Positions 40,975 to 50,817 of a stretch of 64,000 nt of DNA are shown here, piece by piece. Numbering within the stretch: position 1 is the first letter of the stretch; every line of letters begins with the position of its first letter. The translations under genes were made by a program, and so were the position numbers. The notes under the pieces are model-generated. The model saw nothing but the letters and a program-made list of their open reading frames with translations. It was not told the DNA's origin and did no database searches. The stretch comes from a bacterium (GTDB taxonomy: Bacteria > Hydrothermota > UBA3073 > JACQXS01 > JAGMCI01), in contig JASEGA010000001.1 of assembly GCA_030018315.1 (NCBI GenBank), positions 12,673-76,672 of the forward strand. Reading direction: 5' to 3'.

Positions 40975-42075
40975 ATGATAGAAATTAGAGAACTTAAAGG
41001 GAATGTTATACACGATTTTCCGTATCCTAAAGCTCGCAGGAAATGTCCACATACTGCACTTATATCTGTAACACACTCAGGAGCCTGTATCCATAAGTGC
41101 CCAATGTGCTATGCGAGAGCATACCCATGGTCAGTTGAAGATGAGCTTGTAATTTATGAAAATGTGCCAGATAAATTGGAAAAAGAAATACAGAAGGCAA
41201 AAGTTTTGCCCCCATTTTATATATCACAAGTAAGTGATGCACTCCAACCAGTGTCTGAAGTGAGAGAGCTTACATTTAAAGTAATAAAAATAATTATCAA
41301 ATACAAACTAAGTTTCCATATACTGACTAAATCTGCAGATGGGGCATTAGAACTTATCAACAATATACCAGAACTTATACTGTATCCTTACTGGTATCTA
41401 GCAATGACTGTAGAAGCTACACCTGAGAAGCATGAAATCACATCTCCTTATGCATCCCCTATTGAGGAAAGGTTTAAAGCAATTAAAAAATTAACCCGAT
41501 ATGGAATACCAGTTGTGGGACGAGTAGACCCTACAATACTTGGATTTGTTGAACTTGATGAAGTGTGCTGGATTATAAACAGACTTGCAGATAGTGGTGT
41601 ACAACATATAATTGGATCGCTTGGCTACTATAATACTTTAGCTATGAAGAGATTACTTGATGCCATCTTGCACTCAAATTGGAAAGATTGCATCCCAAAA
41701 GTAGAAAAAATTTATGGCTGTAGGGGTTTGATTAATCAAACCCCTACAATAAATGATTATCCTAAAAGTAAACGATTTATGGCATCTCTTGATACAAGAA
41801 TTAAATTTCATTCAATATTGAGGAGAGAAGCCGAAAAATATGGGCTATCTTATGCTGTATGCTTAGAACTACCCAAAGAATACGATTCAAAAGGAATACC
41901 GTCATGCGAAGGTATAAAAAGGAATTTTGTCCACATTAAAGGAGAAGATGGAGATTTTCACCTTGTGAATTGTTGTGGTGATTGTCTGCACTCTTGCCCT
42001 AATGAGAGCAACCCACCGTGTGGTAAGAAAGAACTACAGATACAATATCCGTATAAACTAAGAACATTAAGTTAA
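40975..42075 (+). CDS. Radical SAM domain protein with C-terminal Cys cluster
   Basis: CIHKCPMC (CX3CX2C) at the N-terminus and CCGDCLHSCPNESNPPC at the C-terminus. Confidence 0.55.
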   Translation: MIEIRELKGNVIHDFPYPKARRKCPHTALISVTHSGACIHKCPMCYARAYPWSVEDELVIYENVPDKLEKEIQKAKVLPPFYISQVSDALQPVSEVRELTFKVIKIIIKYKLSFHILTKSADGALELINNIPELILYPYWYLAMTVEATPEKHEITSPYASPIEERFKAIKKLTRYGIPVVGRVDPTILGFVELDEVCWIINRLADSGVQHIIGSLGYYNTLAMKRLLDAILHSNWKDCIPKVEKIYGCRGLINQTPTINDYPKSKRFMASLDTRIKFHSILRREAEKYGLSYAVCLELPKEYDSKGIPSCEGIKRNFVHIKGEDGDFHLVNCCGDCLHSCPNESNPPCGKKELQIQYPYKLRTLS

Positions 42076-42107
42076 CACCACCTTAAATTACCTGAGTTTG
42101 ACAGCTG

Positions 42108-43439
42108 TTATTTTTGAAGTATCAATTTACCGTATTTAAATAAGTGGATCAGATTTCTGTTTGCTGGGCATACCCATGCACAGCTCCCGCACTCTATGCA
42201 ATCAAGTATTCCGTACTCTTTTGCTCTATCAATTTTTTTATTTGCTACATAGTCTCCTATTGTGCATGGCAATAGTCCCATTGGACACACTTCAACACAA
42301 GAGCCGCATCTTATACAGACCTCTTCCTTAAAAATAGAAACACTATCCTTCCCTTTCCCGATAAATCTGGATTTCCGCTTCGCTCCAAGAACTAATATAC
42401 CTGTAGTTGCCTTTATTACAGGAGCTTCATCGTTTGGCTGTGCTATCCCCATCATTGGACCGCCCATTATAATTTTATCTGGCTCACCATTATAACCACC
42501 ACAAAATTCAATCAAGTCTTTAAAAGGAGTCCCAATCTTTACTCTTAAATTTTTGGGCTCCTTTACTTTACCTGTAACAGTTATTATCCTTTGAATGAGT
42601 GGTTTTCCATGCTTACATGCTTCATAGATTGCAAACGCTGTACCAACATTTTGGACATATACTCCAATATCAAATGGTAGCCCACCGGATGGCACTTCCC
42701 TCTTTGTAATTGCCTTTATAAGTTGCTTTTCTCCCCCTTGTGGGTATTTTGTGTGCATAATGCAAAGTTTGAATTTAAATTCAGGTGCAATTTGCACGAA
42801 TTTCTCTATTGCATCTGGTTTATTCTCCTCTATAGCAATGTATCCTATTTTAGCATTAAGAGCTTTTAATATAAGTTTACCACCTTCAAGTATCTCTTTT
42901 GGATGCTCAACCATAAGTCTATGGTCTGCAGTAAGGTATGGCTCACATTCAGCACCGTTTAAAATAACTGTGTCAACAGGTTTATCTTTAGGTGGTGATA
43001 ATTTTACATGTGTAGGAAAAGCTGCGCCTCCAAGCCCAACAATTCCAGCTTTTTTAACTATATTGACAATTTGGGATGGAGTAAGTGAGTCATAATCTTT
43101 AAGTTCTATAGGTTTATCATATTCGTTTTTGTTATTTGATTCAATAATTGCTGAAAGCGTAGTAATTCCAGCTGGACTGTATCTCGGTTCAATACTCTTT
43201 ACAACACCTGATATACTTGAGTGTACTGAAGCAGATATACGACCTTGTATATCACCAATTTTAGTTCCTATCTTGACTTCATCTTTTGGCTTTACTAATG
43301 GTTTAGCAGGTGCTCCCGTATGCTGTGCTAATGGAATGACCGCAATTTTAGGGGTAGGAGCTTCCTCTATGGGCTTACCTTGAGTTAAATTCTTACACTG
43401 TGATGGATGGACACCACCTCTAAATGTATAGAGGCGCAT
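42108..43439 (-). CDS. RnfC-like electron-transport protein (two 4Fe-4S ferredoxin motifs), standalone
   Basis: RnfC N-terminal and SLBB-like region. CIRCGSCVEVCP and CIECGSCAWVCP. No rnfDGEAB genes nearby. Confidence 0.65.
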   Translation of the reverse strand: MRLYTFRGGVHPSQCKNLTQGKPIEEAPTPKIAVIPLAQHTGAPAKPLVKPKDEVKIGTKIGDIQGRISASVHSSISGVVKSIEPRYSPAGITTLSAIIESNNKNEYDKPIELKDYDSLTPSQIVNIVKKAGIVGLGGAAFPTHVKLSPPKDKPVDTVILNGAECEPYLTADHRLMVEHPKEILEGGKLILKALNAKIGYIAIEENKPDAIEKFVQIAPEFKFKLCIMHTKYPQGGEKQLIKAITKREVPSGGLPFDIGVYVQNVGTAFAIYEACKHGKPLIQRIITVTGKVKEPKNLRVKIGTPFKDLIEFCGGYNGEPDKIIMGGPMMGIAQPNDEAPVIKATTGILVLGAKRKSRFIGKGKDSVSIFKEEVCIRCGSCVEVCPMGLLPCTIGDYVANKKIDRAKEYGILDCIECGSCAWVCPANRNLIHLFKYGKLILQK

Positions 43440-45340
43440 TAATCGGGCTCCTTTTCCAAAGGATTCTGCGAACCAATTGCCTCCCTAGTGATTTTTCGCA
43501 CAAATGGGTCTTTATCATTTATAAATTTTTTGATTCTATCATCTCCAAGTTTTGACAGTGCCTCAATAGCGGCTATCCTTATTTCTCTTGACTTACCTGT
43601 AGAAAATATAGTCTTAGGTGACGTCATTTTAAATAGTATAGGAATTGAACTTGGATTACCAATTTTACCCAAAGATTTACATGCCTCTACCTGGACTGTT
43701 TCTTTTTCCTCTTTGGACTCGATTAGTTTAATTAGTTTTGGGACTGCAGGTTCATATTTCATATCACCCAAAAATTCAATTGCCCTCTCCTTGATGATGT
43801 AGGATTCATCATCAACTGCTTCAAGCAATACCTCCTTTGCAGGCTCTGTCCCTATTTGGCAGAGGATATCAAGCGTCTTTCTACGGACTTGAAAATTTGG
43901 GTTAGCTAATTCTTTATGGAGTCCCTCAACAACCTGTGCTTCATGCCCAATCCCATCTAACACATCTAAAATCCTTAATGATGGTGTGAGCGATGTATCT
44001 GCTTCAAGTTCTTTAATTAATTGATTCACAGCTTCATTGCCAATTTTTACTAAAAGGTCAGCAACACTTTTGCGTAGTCTGAGGTCTGATGTTTCTTTAA
44101 TCTTCTGAATAAGTGGAGAAGCACAAGATTCTCCAAGGTCTAATAGGATTGAAGATGCTTTACTTTGTTTAGACTCATCAGTTGACGATAAGTCATCTAC
44201 AAGCAGTCTTGTAAGTTCGCTACTTACTAATCTATCAATTGTAGCTCTTGCATGTTTCTTTCGCTCTTCAAACTCCATAGATTTTACATGTTCACTAAAC
44301 ATACCTGTAATAGCATGGGTTTTGGCATAATCTCCTTCTTTTAAATATCGATTAGCTGCATGCTCAAGCAGGCTTGCTAACTCTTGGTAAATTTGACTGT
44401 TTGTTTCTTTACGCCCAGTTTCAATAAATTTCTCATCAACTCGCTCAACAATTTTTTTATCAGTTAAAGATTCAATTATTGAGTATAACTTTTTAAATGA
44501 TATTACTGTTTTCAATCTTACATCTGTAATAGATGCCTCAAGATTAGCGGCTAACTTATCGCATAACTCACTGGCGAGTTCTAACTCATTTGGCGAGCGA
44601 AGGCTTTGAAGCAATGTTGGTATTTTTTGAAGTACTTCATCCTTAAGTAGAAAACTTGTGTCTTTCTTAAGAAAAGTTTTTACTTCCTCTACTGGTGAAA
44701 TCTGAACACTGGGCGCTACGGCCGTAGGCGCCTCTTCTTTTACTTCACCAAATAAATCAGCACTAATCTCTGGTTTTGATTTGAGTAATTCAGATAAGAT
44801 TTCAGAGTCATCGAGTGAAAACCTCTTTACGACTTCTAATTTTATTCTCTTTTTTATCTCTTTGTTATCAATTGAATTCATAAGGCTGGAAAGCTCACCA
44901 AGAGTTTGTAGTATCTTTTCCTGTGGAGCTATACCCTCTTTCCCTTTTTCAATAACAATGTCTTTTTCACCTATTGATACATATACTTTTTCGTTTATCT
45001 CAATATGGGGAAGTCCCTTAGGTTCAGCTTTTTGTTTTTCTGATAAATTACGAAGAAAAGTGTACAACTCTCCTTGAGTGAATCCGGGTTTAAATGTTAT
45101 ACTTTTAATATTGCATGCGTATAGGGAATCAAGAAATATACCTCCTTGAGCCTCAATTGGCTTACCATTAGCAAGAATTTTGCCTTCAGATTCACTTATA
45201 ATGAATGTCTTTTCCTTTTTGAGTGCATCGGATAAAATTTTGTGGCAAGTAGTCAGAGAGTCTTTAATAAGACGGCTCTCAGGTGGATACAATAATATAT
45301 TGCTGATAGCAATTCTGAATTCTTTTATTAAATCTTCCAT
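43439..45340 (-). CDS. HEAT-repeat protein (633 aa). Translationally coupled to the RnfC-like gene.
   Basis: C-terminal PBS-lyase-type HEAT units (VRRKTLDILCQIG..ERAIEFLGDM..). Confidence 0.55.
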   Translation of the reverse strand: MEDLIKEFRIAISNILLYPPESRLIKDSLTTCHKILSDALKKEKTFIISESEGKILANGKPIEAQGGIFLDSLYACNIKSITFKPGFTQGELYTFLRNLSEKQKAEPKGLPHIEINEKVYVSIGEKDIVIEKGKEGIAPQEKILQTLGELSSLMNSIDNKEIKKRIKLEVVKRFSLDDSEILSELLKSKPEISADLFGEVKEEAPTAVAPSVQISPVEEVKTFLKKDTSFLLKDEVLQKIPTLLQSLRSPNELELASELCDKLAANLEASITDVRLKTVISFKKLYSIIESLTDKKIVERVDEKFIETGRKETNSQIYQELASLLEHAANRYLKEGDYAKTHAITGMFSEHVKSMEFEERKKHARATIDRLVSSELTRLLVDDLSSTDESKQSKASSILLDLGESCASPLIQKIKETSDLRLRKSVADLLVKIGNEAVNQLIKELEADTSLTPSLRILDVLDGIGHEAQVVEGLHKELANPNFQVRRKTLDILCQIGTEPAKEVLLEAVDDESYIIKERAIEFLGDMKYEPAVPKLIKLIESKEEKETVQVEACKSLGKIGNPSSIPILFKMTSPKTIFSTGKSREIRIAAIEALSKLGDDRIKKFINDKDPFVRKITREAIGSQNPLEKEPD

Positions 45341-45366
45341 TAGGCTAATAAATTATATCCTAATTA

Positions 45367-46215
45367 TTACAAATTGTCAAGTATTTGAAAGCTCTTTTTT
45401 CTAATCACAATTAATGAAATGATAAAAGTTAGCATTCCACAACCACCGATAAACCCTAATATAAAATTAACTGGTAAAAAAGTAACCCAACCTGCTATCT
45501 TTACTAAAACAAATTTGTAAATGTAATAAATTGCAAGCATGGCTATTCCACTCAAAAGTACGCCTTCAATAAAGTTTCTTAAACTAAATTTCCATCTGTA
45601 ACCATTGAATTGATATACTGTTTGAGTTTGTTCAGCCTTCATAGGCTTATCAGGCGTAGTGTTTACCTTAAGTGATGCTAATTTATTCTTTAAAGTGGAT
45701 GCCCTCTCTTTCAAAGTCACAGCAAGTGTAAATATAAGCGAGAGAAATAATAAGCCACCTATTCCAGATGAAATCTGTTTAAAGTAACTTGAGATTGCAC
45801 ATACACTTTGAGTGTATCCTTTACCATAAACAACTTCTTTGATTCCTTGCAAAGCCTTAATTGAGTGCCTTATTGAATCAATGTATTCAGTTGTTCTACA
45901 CTCTGGTCTTAAGATAATTTTAAATGAGGCAGGTAGCGGATTTTCATCCATTTCTCTAAGGAATGGAGTGCTATCTTTAAAGTCTCTTTTAAACTCTTGA
46001 AGTGCTTGCTCTTTAGAAACAAATATGATTTCTTTAACCCCATCTAACTTTTCAATTTTTGAACTTAATGAATAATAGTTTGCGTCATCCTCTAAAAATG
46101 CCTTGACCTCTATCTTGTTCTTAAGGACTTTGATATATAAGTATGAATTAAATTCTAATAGCAAAAAAATTCCAATAATGAGAAAAGTCAAAAAATTCAA
46201 TCCTTTACTTATCAT
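45367..46215 (-). CDS. ftsX: FtsX-like permease (no adjacent ftsE)
   Basis: 4 TM segments and an extracytoplasmic loop KIEVKAFLEDDANYYSLSSKIEKLDGVKEIIFVSKEQALQEF typical of FtsX. Confidence 0.6.
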   Translation of the reverse strand: MISKGLNFLTFLIIGIFLLLEFNSYLYIKVLKNKIEVKAFLEDDANYYSLSSKIEKLDGVKEIIFVSKEQALQEFKRDFKDSTPFLREMDENPLPASFKIILRPECRTTEYIDSIRHSIKALQGIKEVVYGKGYTQSVCAISSYFKQISSGIGGLLFLSLIFTLAVTLKERASTLKNKLASLKVNTTPDKPMKAEQTQTVYQFNGYRWKFSLRNFIEGVLLSGIAMLAIYYIYKFVLVKIAGWVTFLPVNFILGFIGGCGMLTFIISLIVIRKKSFQILDNL

Positions 46216-46346
46216 ATCATATATGTTTTTAATTATAAAATAAATTTCCCATAAATCAAGTTTTAATTACTGGAGTTTTCCCCTTTTTTATTTTTCCAGC
46301 ACACTCAGACTGCTTAACCTTTCAACTGACGCTAATTAAAAAATCC

Positions 46347-46375
46347 TTGACAACTTTTATTAAAGATAGTATATT
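46347..46375 (+). promoter_or_regulatory. Sigma70-like promoter (TTGACA-17-TATATT) for the tRNA-Lys/tRNA-Glu pair
   Basis: Read directly. The predicted transcription start is about 10 nt upstream of tRNA-Lys. Confidence 0.55.
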
Positions 46376-46385
46376 AAAATAAAAT

Positions 46386-46458
46386 GGGCCGTTAACTCAG
46401 GCGGTAGAGTACTGGATTTTTAATCCAGGAGTCGCGGGTTCGAATCCCGCACGGCCTA
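46386..46458 (+). tRNA. tRNA-Lys (anticodon UUU)
   Basis: Acceptor stem is gggccgt/acggcct. Anticodon stem is ctgga/tccag with loop ttTTTaa. T-arm is GGTTCGAATCC. Confidence 0.8.
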
Positions 46459-46460
46459 AT

Positions 46461-46532
46461 GTCCTCATCGTCTAGGGGTTAGGACACCACTCTTTCAAGG
46501 TGGTAACACGGGTTCGACTCCCGTTGGGGACA
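46461..46532 (+). tRNA. tRNA-Glu (anticodon UUC)
   Basis: gtcctcatcgtctaggggttagga... Anticodon stem is ccact/ggtgg with loop ctTTCaa. T-arm is GGTTCGACTCC. Confidence 0.75.
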
Positions 46533-46548
46533 TTGAATTATAAAATAT

Positions 46549-46614
46549 GATTACACAGATGGAAATAGCGATTTATGTTTTAATCTGTGCAATCTCAAAT
46601 AAATCTGTGTAATC
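46549..46614. repeat. 12-bp perfect inverted repeat gattacacagat / atctgtgtaatc (46549-46560 and 46603-46614), with a third degenerate copy between them, directly downstream of the tRNA pair
   Basis: Read directly. Confidence 0.6.
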
Positions 46615-46621
46615 AGGTATT

Positions 46622-47956
46622 ATGCAAATAATCCTAATTATTGCCTTTCTTGTATATCCTGTTAATCCTGATAACAAAGGGTTATTCCACAGTGTATCTC
46701 CTTATTTTTACAAAGAGAAGACACTCTACCTATTTAGCGATGTATTTGGGACTTATGGCCCGAGACCTGATATATTGCGTGATAGACATTGGTATGGCGA
46801 TGGGTTATATGGGGTTGGGTACACAATTTTACCGCAATTGGAGCTGTTCTTGGCAAATCATGGATATGTAAAGTATATAGAGCGGGTAATACTTGGGGAT
46901 ACACGATTTGTGGATATGCCGCAAATCTTACTTGGTGTTAAAACAGGATTCCCGTTGAAGGTTGGTAAATATTCCTTGGCTAACGGATTTATAATATGGG
47001 TTAATCAATGGGTAAGTCGATTAGCAGCAAAAGAAATCCCCAGTGATATTGTAGATGAATTTAAGCCGACAAAACTTTATGATTTAGAGACTGGTATTAG
47101 ATGGCTTCTCGGATTTGAATCCTCAATTGGTACATCTTATTTTAACATTGGATACACGCAAGTCTCTCACTTCCACAATGGTTATCAAAAAGGACTTATC
47201 GCATTGGGAGGAGGTACAGAATTTAATTTTCTACCTTATCTTCATCCGGGAATAGAATTTTCAAAAGATGACATAATAACTTCTGTTACTCCACAGATAA
47301 AGTTCTTATTTAAAGACATATTAAATCTAAATTTTGGCCTCGATTTTCCAATTTCTGACTTTGACTGGGTTCCAGATGATACGCTTGTAAAAACGCCAAG
47401 ATTGATGCTTTCTATGAATTTAAACTTTAATTTAAAGAGACCGGCCATACCAAGTGCAAATATATTAGTTAAAGGAAGTGTGTGTGACTTACTATCAAAA
47501 AAGCCTATCCCTGGGACGATTACCTTTATAGGGCCGGTTTCTGGAACGATAAAAAGTAAAGGTGGAGTTTATGAGCTTGTTCTAAAAAAAGCCGGTGCAT
47601 ATAGGATAAAGGCAGATTGTCCCAGTTATAAGTGGGAGGAGAAAGTTATTAGGGTGATGGACTGCGATTTAGTAAATTTAGATTTTCAATTGTTAAGGGC
47701 AGTGGATTGGTCAATTACTGGCAGAATATTAGATAAAAAGACAGAAAAACCAGTTTATGCAACCATCAAATTAGTTGGCGATGAGGATGCATCAACTTAT
47801 TCGGATTCCTTATCCGGAGAGTATAGACTATGGGTGCAAGCTGGTTCTTATTATTTACATATTAAAGCACCGGGTTACATAAGTAAAAAGATTCCAATTT
47901 TTATTTCAAATGCAACTATTTTACAACAAGATGTACGGTTAGAGCCAAAAAAGTAA
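46622..47956 (+). CDS. Secreted/outer-membrane hypothetical protein with C-terminal carboxypeptidase-regulatory-like (CarbopepD_reg) beta-sandwich
   Basis: Hydrophobic N-terminus. C-terminus ..GRILDKKTEKPVYATIKLVGD..GEYRLWVQAGSYYLHIKAPGY. Confidence 0.4.
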   Translation: MQIILIIAFLVYPVNPDNKGLFHSVSPYFYKEKTLYLFSDVFGTYGPRPDILRDRHWYGDGLYGVGYTILPQLELFLANHGYVKYIERVILGDTRFVDMPQILLGVKTGFPLKVGKYSLANGFIIWVNQWVSRLAAKEIPSDIVDEFKPTKLYDLETGIRWLLGFESSIGTSYFNIGYTQVSHFHNGYQKGLIALGGGTEFNFLPYLHPGIEFSKDDIITSVTPQIKFLFKDILNLNFGLDFPISDFDWVPDDTLVKTPRLMLSMNLNFNLKRPAIPSANILVKGSVCDLLSKKPIPGTITFIGPVSGTIKSKGGVYELVLKKAGAYRIKADCPSYKWEEKVIRVMDCDLVNLDFQLLRAVDWSITGRILDKKTEKPVYATIKLVGDEDASTYSDSLSGEYRLWVQAGSYYLHIKAPGYISKKIPIFISNATILQQDVRLEPKK

Positions 47957-48079
47957 CCATTAGAGTTAAAAAGAAATTTAAAGTAAAGTATGGAATGCGG
48001 ATTGCCCAGCCTGTAATTGCAAAGTCATACCGTGTTAAAATAACAGAGAGAGAAATTTCGTCTACAAAACGAGGTTCAC

Positions 48080-49156
48080 ATGGATTTGGGTCAACAGGTA
48101 TCTAACCTGACTGCTGTCAGGCCTACCTTGCCGTCAAGCAGGCAAGTAAAGATTCTTGTATCGGTTTGGCCTGGATTAGGCGACGTTGTATTTGCGACTC
48201 CAGTATTCAGGATATTGCGTAAAAAGTTCCCGGATGCCAAAATTGCAGTCTTAACTCAGTCTAAAGGTGGAAAAGAGTTATTAAGCCATACTCCGTACAT
48301 TGACGAAATTGTATACTCTCCTCTTTTATCAATACCTGCACTTGTTTTAAAGTTTAAAGGATATGATATTGGACTTCAATGTTCAGGTCCTATCCAGTTA
48401 TTTTTTATACTTTGTAGGATTAAGAAAAGAGTGAGCTTTAGTGGAAATCCATTTTGGTGGCTTTATCCTGTGAGTGATAATAACTATCACTCTACAGAGT
48501 ATTATCTAAGAGCGGTAGATAAGATAGATGGAGTAAAGTTAAGAGATACAAATGGGTGTGAACTCTTTATTGGAGAAAAAGGAAAGAGGTTTGCACAAGC
48601 TATGTTAAAAAATATCCCTCACCCAATTGTAGCTGTACATCCTGGGGCAAGATGCAATAAGAATAAACAATGGGGAGCCAAAAATCTTGTTAAGCTTTGT
48701 AACTCCATCATTGAAAAATTTAACGCCCAAATATTGCTAATTGGAGGTAAAAGTGATGTAAAATTATGTAACTATATCCAGAATCATATCCATACAAAAG
48801 CTTTAAATCTTGCAGGAATGACGACACTACTCCAATCAGCCGCTATTATTGAGGAGTGTGACTTGTTTATAGGACATGCATCCGGGCCTACTCATATAGC
48901 AGCTGCACTTGGCACTCCTGTAGTTGCAATATACGGTGCAGATAACCCAAAAAATTTCGCCCCATTAGGGAGAAGTGTGATAGTTGTGACACCAAAACTT
49001 AGATGTGCACCATGCTTCCACTTTTACAGAAACTTTTTATGGGGTCTTAGGCTAAGATATATCCCAGTTTGCAAAGCTATTCAAACAATTAAGGTGGAAG
49101 ATGTATTTAATGCATGCGCTCAAGTTTTAAAAAATGAGGAAAAAGAAAGAAAGTAA
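48080..49156 (+). CDS. Glycosyltransferase family 9 (LPS heptosyltransferase-like)
   Basis: ILVSVWPGLGDVVFATPVFRILRKKFPDAKIAVL. The C-terminal half is GT-B. Confidence 0.8.
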   Translation: MDLGQQVSNLTAVRPTLPSSRQVKILVSVWPGLGDVVFATPVFRILRKKFPDAKIAVLTQSKGGKELLSHTPYIDEIVYSPLLSIPALVLKFKGYDIGLQCSGPIQLFFILCRIKKRVSFSGNPFWWLYPVSDNNYHSTEYYLRAVDKIDGVKLRDTNGCELFIGEKGKRFAQAMLKNIPHPIVAVHPGARCNKNKQWGAKNLVKLCNSIIEKFNAQILLIGGKSDVKLCNYIQNHIHTKALNLAGMTTLLQSAAIIEECDLFIGHASGPTHIAAALGTPVVAIYGADNPKNFAPLGRSVIVVTPKLRCAPCFHFYRNFLWGLRLRYIPVCKAIQTIKVEDVFNACAQVLKNEEKERK

Positions 49157-49859
49157 AATAAAGTATTTTTTAATATCATTCTTCACTTCTCTCATAGTAG
49201 CCGCTTGTGTTTCATACGGAATTTTTCAATTCTTTTTTAAATTCAAATGGGTTGAAGTACCAAAAATTGATGGAACAACACTTTCGGAAGCAATAACTAC
49301 ACTTGAGAAAAGCGGTCTTGAAATTATAGTAGAAGAAGAGCGCGCTGATACCATCGTCCCTGAAGGTAAGATAATATCACAACAACCACTTCCGTGGAGC
49401 ATAGTAAGAAAGGGAACATTAATTAGAGTAGTGTTGAGCAAAGGGCCGTTGAAGATAAAAATGCCAAATCTTATAGGAATGCCACTGGACGAGGCAGAAT
49501 TTAAACTAAATGAAATTGGTCTATCGGTTGGTGAAGTCAAATATGAAATTTCTGATTCAGCTCCTAATTCTATTATATTAAGCTCTCCCGGCCCAAATGA
49601 GTTTGTAGAGAAAGGTAAAATTGTAGACCTCATTGTAAGTAGAGGAGCATATTTAATCACTGTCCCAAACTTATTTGGAAAGACATTATGGCAAGCAAGG
49701 AAGATTTTAGCGGAGAAAGGACTTAAAATTGGAGATATTTATTATACATGCGATGAAGAATATAGATTTGGTATAATTATACGCCAGGACCCACCTGCTA
49801 ATACCAAAGTGAGTAAAGAAACTCCTATCTATTTTACTATAAATAGGGAAGAGAAATGA
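49134..49859 (+). CDS. Membrane-anchored protein with three PASTA domains
   Basis: N-terminal TM segment; three ~65-aa units each containing G..L.EA...L...GL. Confidence 0.65.
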   Translation: MRKKKESKIKYFLISFFTSLIVAACVSYGIFQFFFKFKWVEVPKIDGTTLSEAITTLEKSGLEIIVEEERADTIVPEGKIISQQPLPWSIVRKGTLIRVVLSKGPLKIKMPNLIGMPLDEAEFKLNEIGLSVGEVKYEISDSAPNSIILSSPGPNEFVEKGKIVDLIVSRGAYLITVPNLFGKTLWQARKILAEKGLKIGDIYYTCDEEYRFGIIIRQDPPANTKVSKETPIYFTINREEK

Positions 49860-50569
49860 AGACATTTGGGATTGTAATTTTGATAATTGTTGTATCTTTT
49901 GCACTTGGTGTGATTGGATTTAATTTCATCGTTATGCCCCTATGGGTGGGACTACATGAGGAAACAACTGTCCCAGATGTTTGCGGTAAAACATTAGAAG
50001 ACGCAAAAAATACGCTATCTAAACTTGAGCTTAAAAGTGAAGTAAAAGCTCAAAAATTTAGCAATATGCCGGAAGGTGTTGTTATCTCTCAAATCCCTTT
50101 ACCTACAAGGCGCGTAAGGAAGGGAAGGATTGTAGAGTTATGCATCTCAAAAGGGATAGAGAAAGTTAAAGTTCCATGGGTTCAAGGGTTGCTGGTCTCT
50201 CAAGCACAAAATTTAATTGAAAGAACAGGATTTAAGTTAGGCGAATTAAATTACGAATACTCAACTACAGTCCCTGAGGGCAAAGTAATTTATACCATAC
50301 CATCCACAGATTCACTTGTTCCTAAAGGATATAAGATTGACATCTTTGTAAGTGGAGTAGTGAAACAAAGCACTATGCCCGAACTTACAGGAAGAAGCTT
50401 AAAAGAGGTAAAAGAAGAGGTAGATAAACTTGGCTTAGATTTAGTAGTTAAGTATGCTGCAGAACCCTCTTCATTAGGAATAGTTATACTCCAATCCCCA
50501 CCAGCTGGGGCCACAGTAAAGGCGGGCGATTCGCTATATTTGATAGTTGGGAGACCGTCTCAAAAGTAA
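49856..50569 (+). CDS. Second membrane-anchored triple-PASTA protein (translationally coupled)
   Basis: Same architecture as the preceding gene. ATGA overlap. Confidence 0.65.
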   Translation: MKTFGIVILIIVVSFALGVIGFNFIVMPLWVGLHEETTVPDVCGKTLEDAKNTLSKLELKSEVKAQKFSNMPEGVVISQIPLPTRRVRKGRIVELCISKGIEKVKVPWVQGLLVSQAQNLIERTGFKLGELNYEYSTTVPEGKVIYTIPSTDSLVPKGYKIDIFVSGVVKQSTMPELTGRSLKEVKEEVDKLGLDLVVKYAAEPSSLGIVILQSPPAGATVKAGDSLYLIVGRPSQK

Positions 50570-50599
50570 AAATAGTAGAATTTAGGGTTTAGGTACTTA

Positions 50600-50800
50600 A
50601 CGCAGCAAAATAAGTTTTTCTGCCTTTATGCAATCTTTTGATACAAATTTTGCAAAATAGACGCCAGATGGAAAGCCTTTGGTAGACCAGTTCACATTAT
50701 AATACTCAGGTTCCTTCTCTCCGTTGACCGTTGTCTCTACCATACAATATAGGAATAGGAAAATATGGGGTCTGTCCTTTGTCCCTTTCTTGTCCTTGTT
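50600..50800 (-). pseudogene. Remnant of a T9SS (Por) C-terminal sorting domain. No intact upstream cargo; split across frames.
   Basis: Minus-strand frame reads ..MVETTVNGEKEPEYYNVNWSTKGFPSGVYFAKFVSKDCIKAEKLILLR*, matching the second half of a type-A CTD. Another frame upstream reads GQTPYFPIPILYG (NPFNP-like). Confidence 0.5.
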
Positions 50801-50817
50801 ATCTTAATCACCTTTGC

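Noticed and set aside
42108-43439. Complete Rnf (rnfCDGEAB) ion-translocating complex
   Set aside because: Only the RnfC-like gene is present in the window. Flanking genes are a radical-SAM protein (convergent) and a HEAT-repeat protein.
46549-46614. Integrase attachment site (att) next to the tRNA-Lys/Glu pair
   Set aside because: Inverted repeats are present, but there is no integrase and no direct repeat of a tRNA 3' end nearby. It is listed only as a repeat feature.
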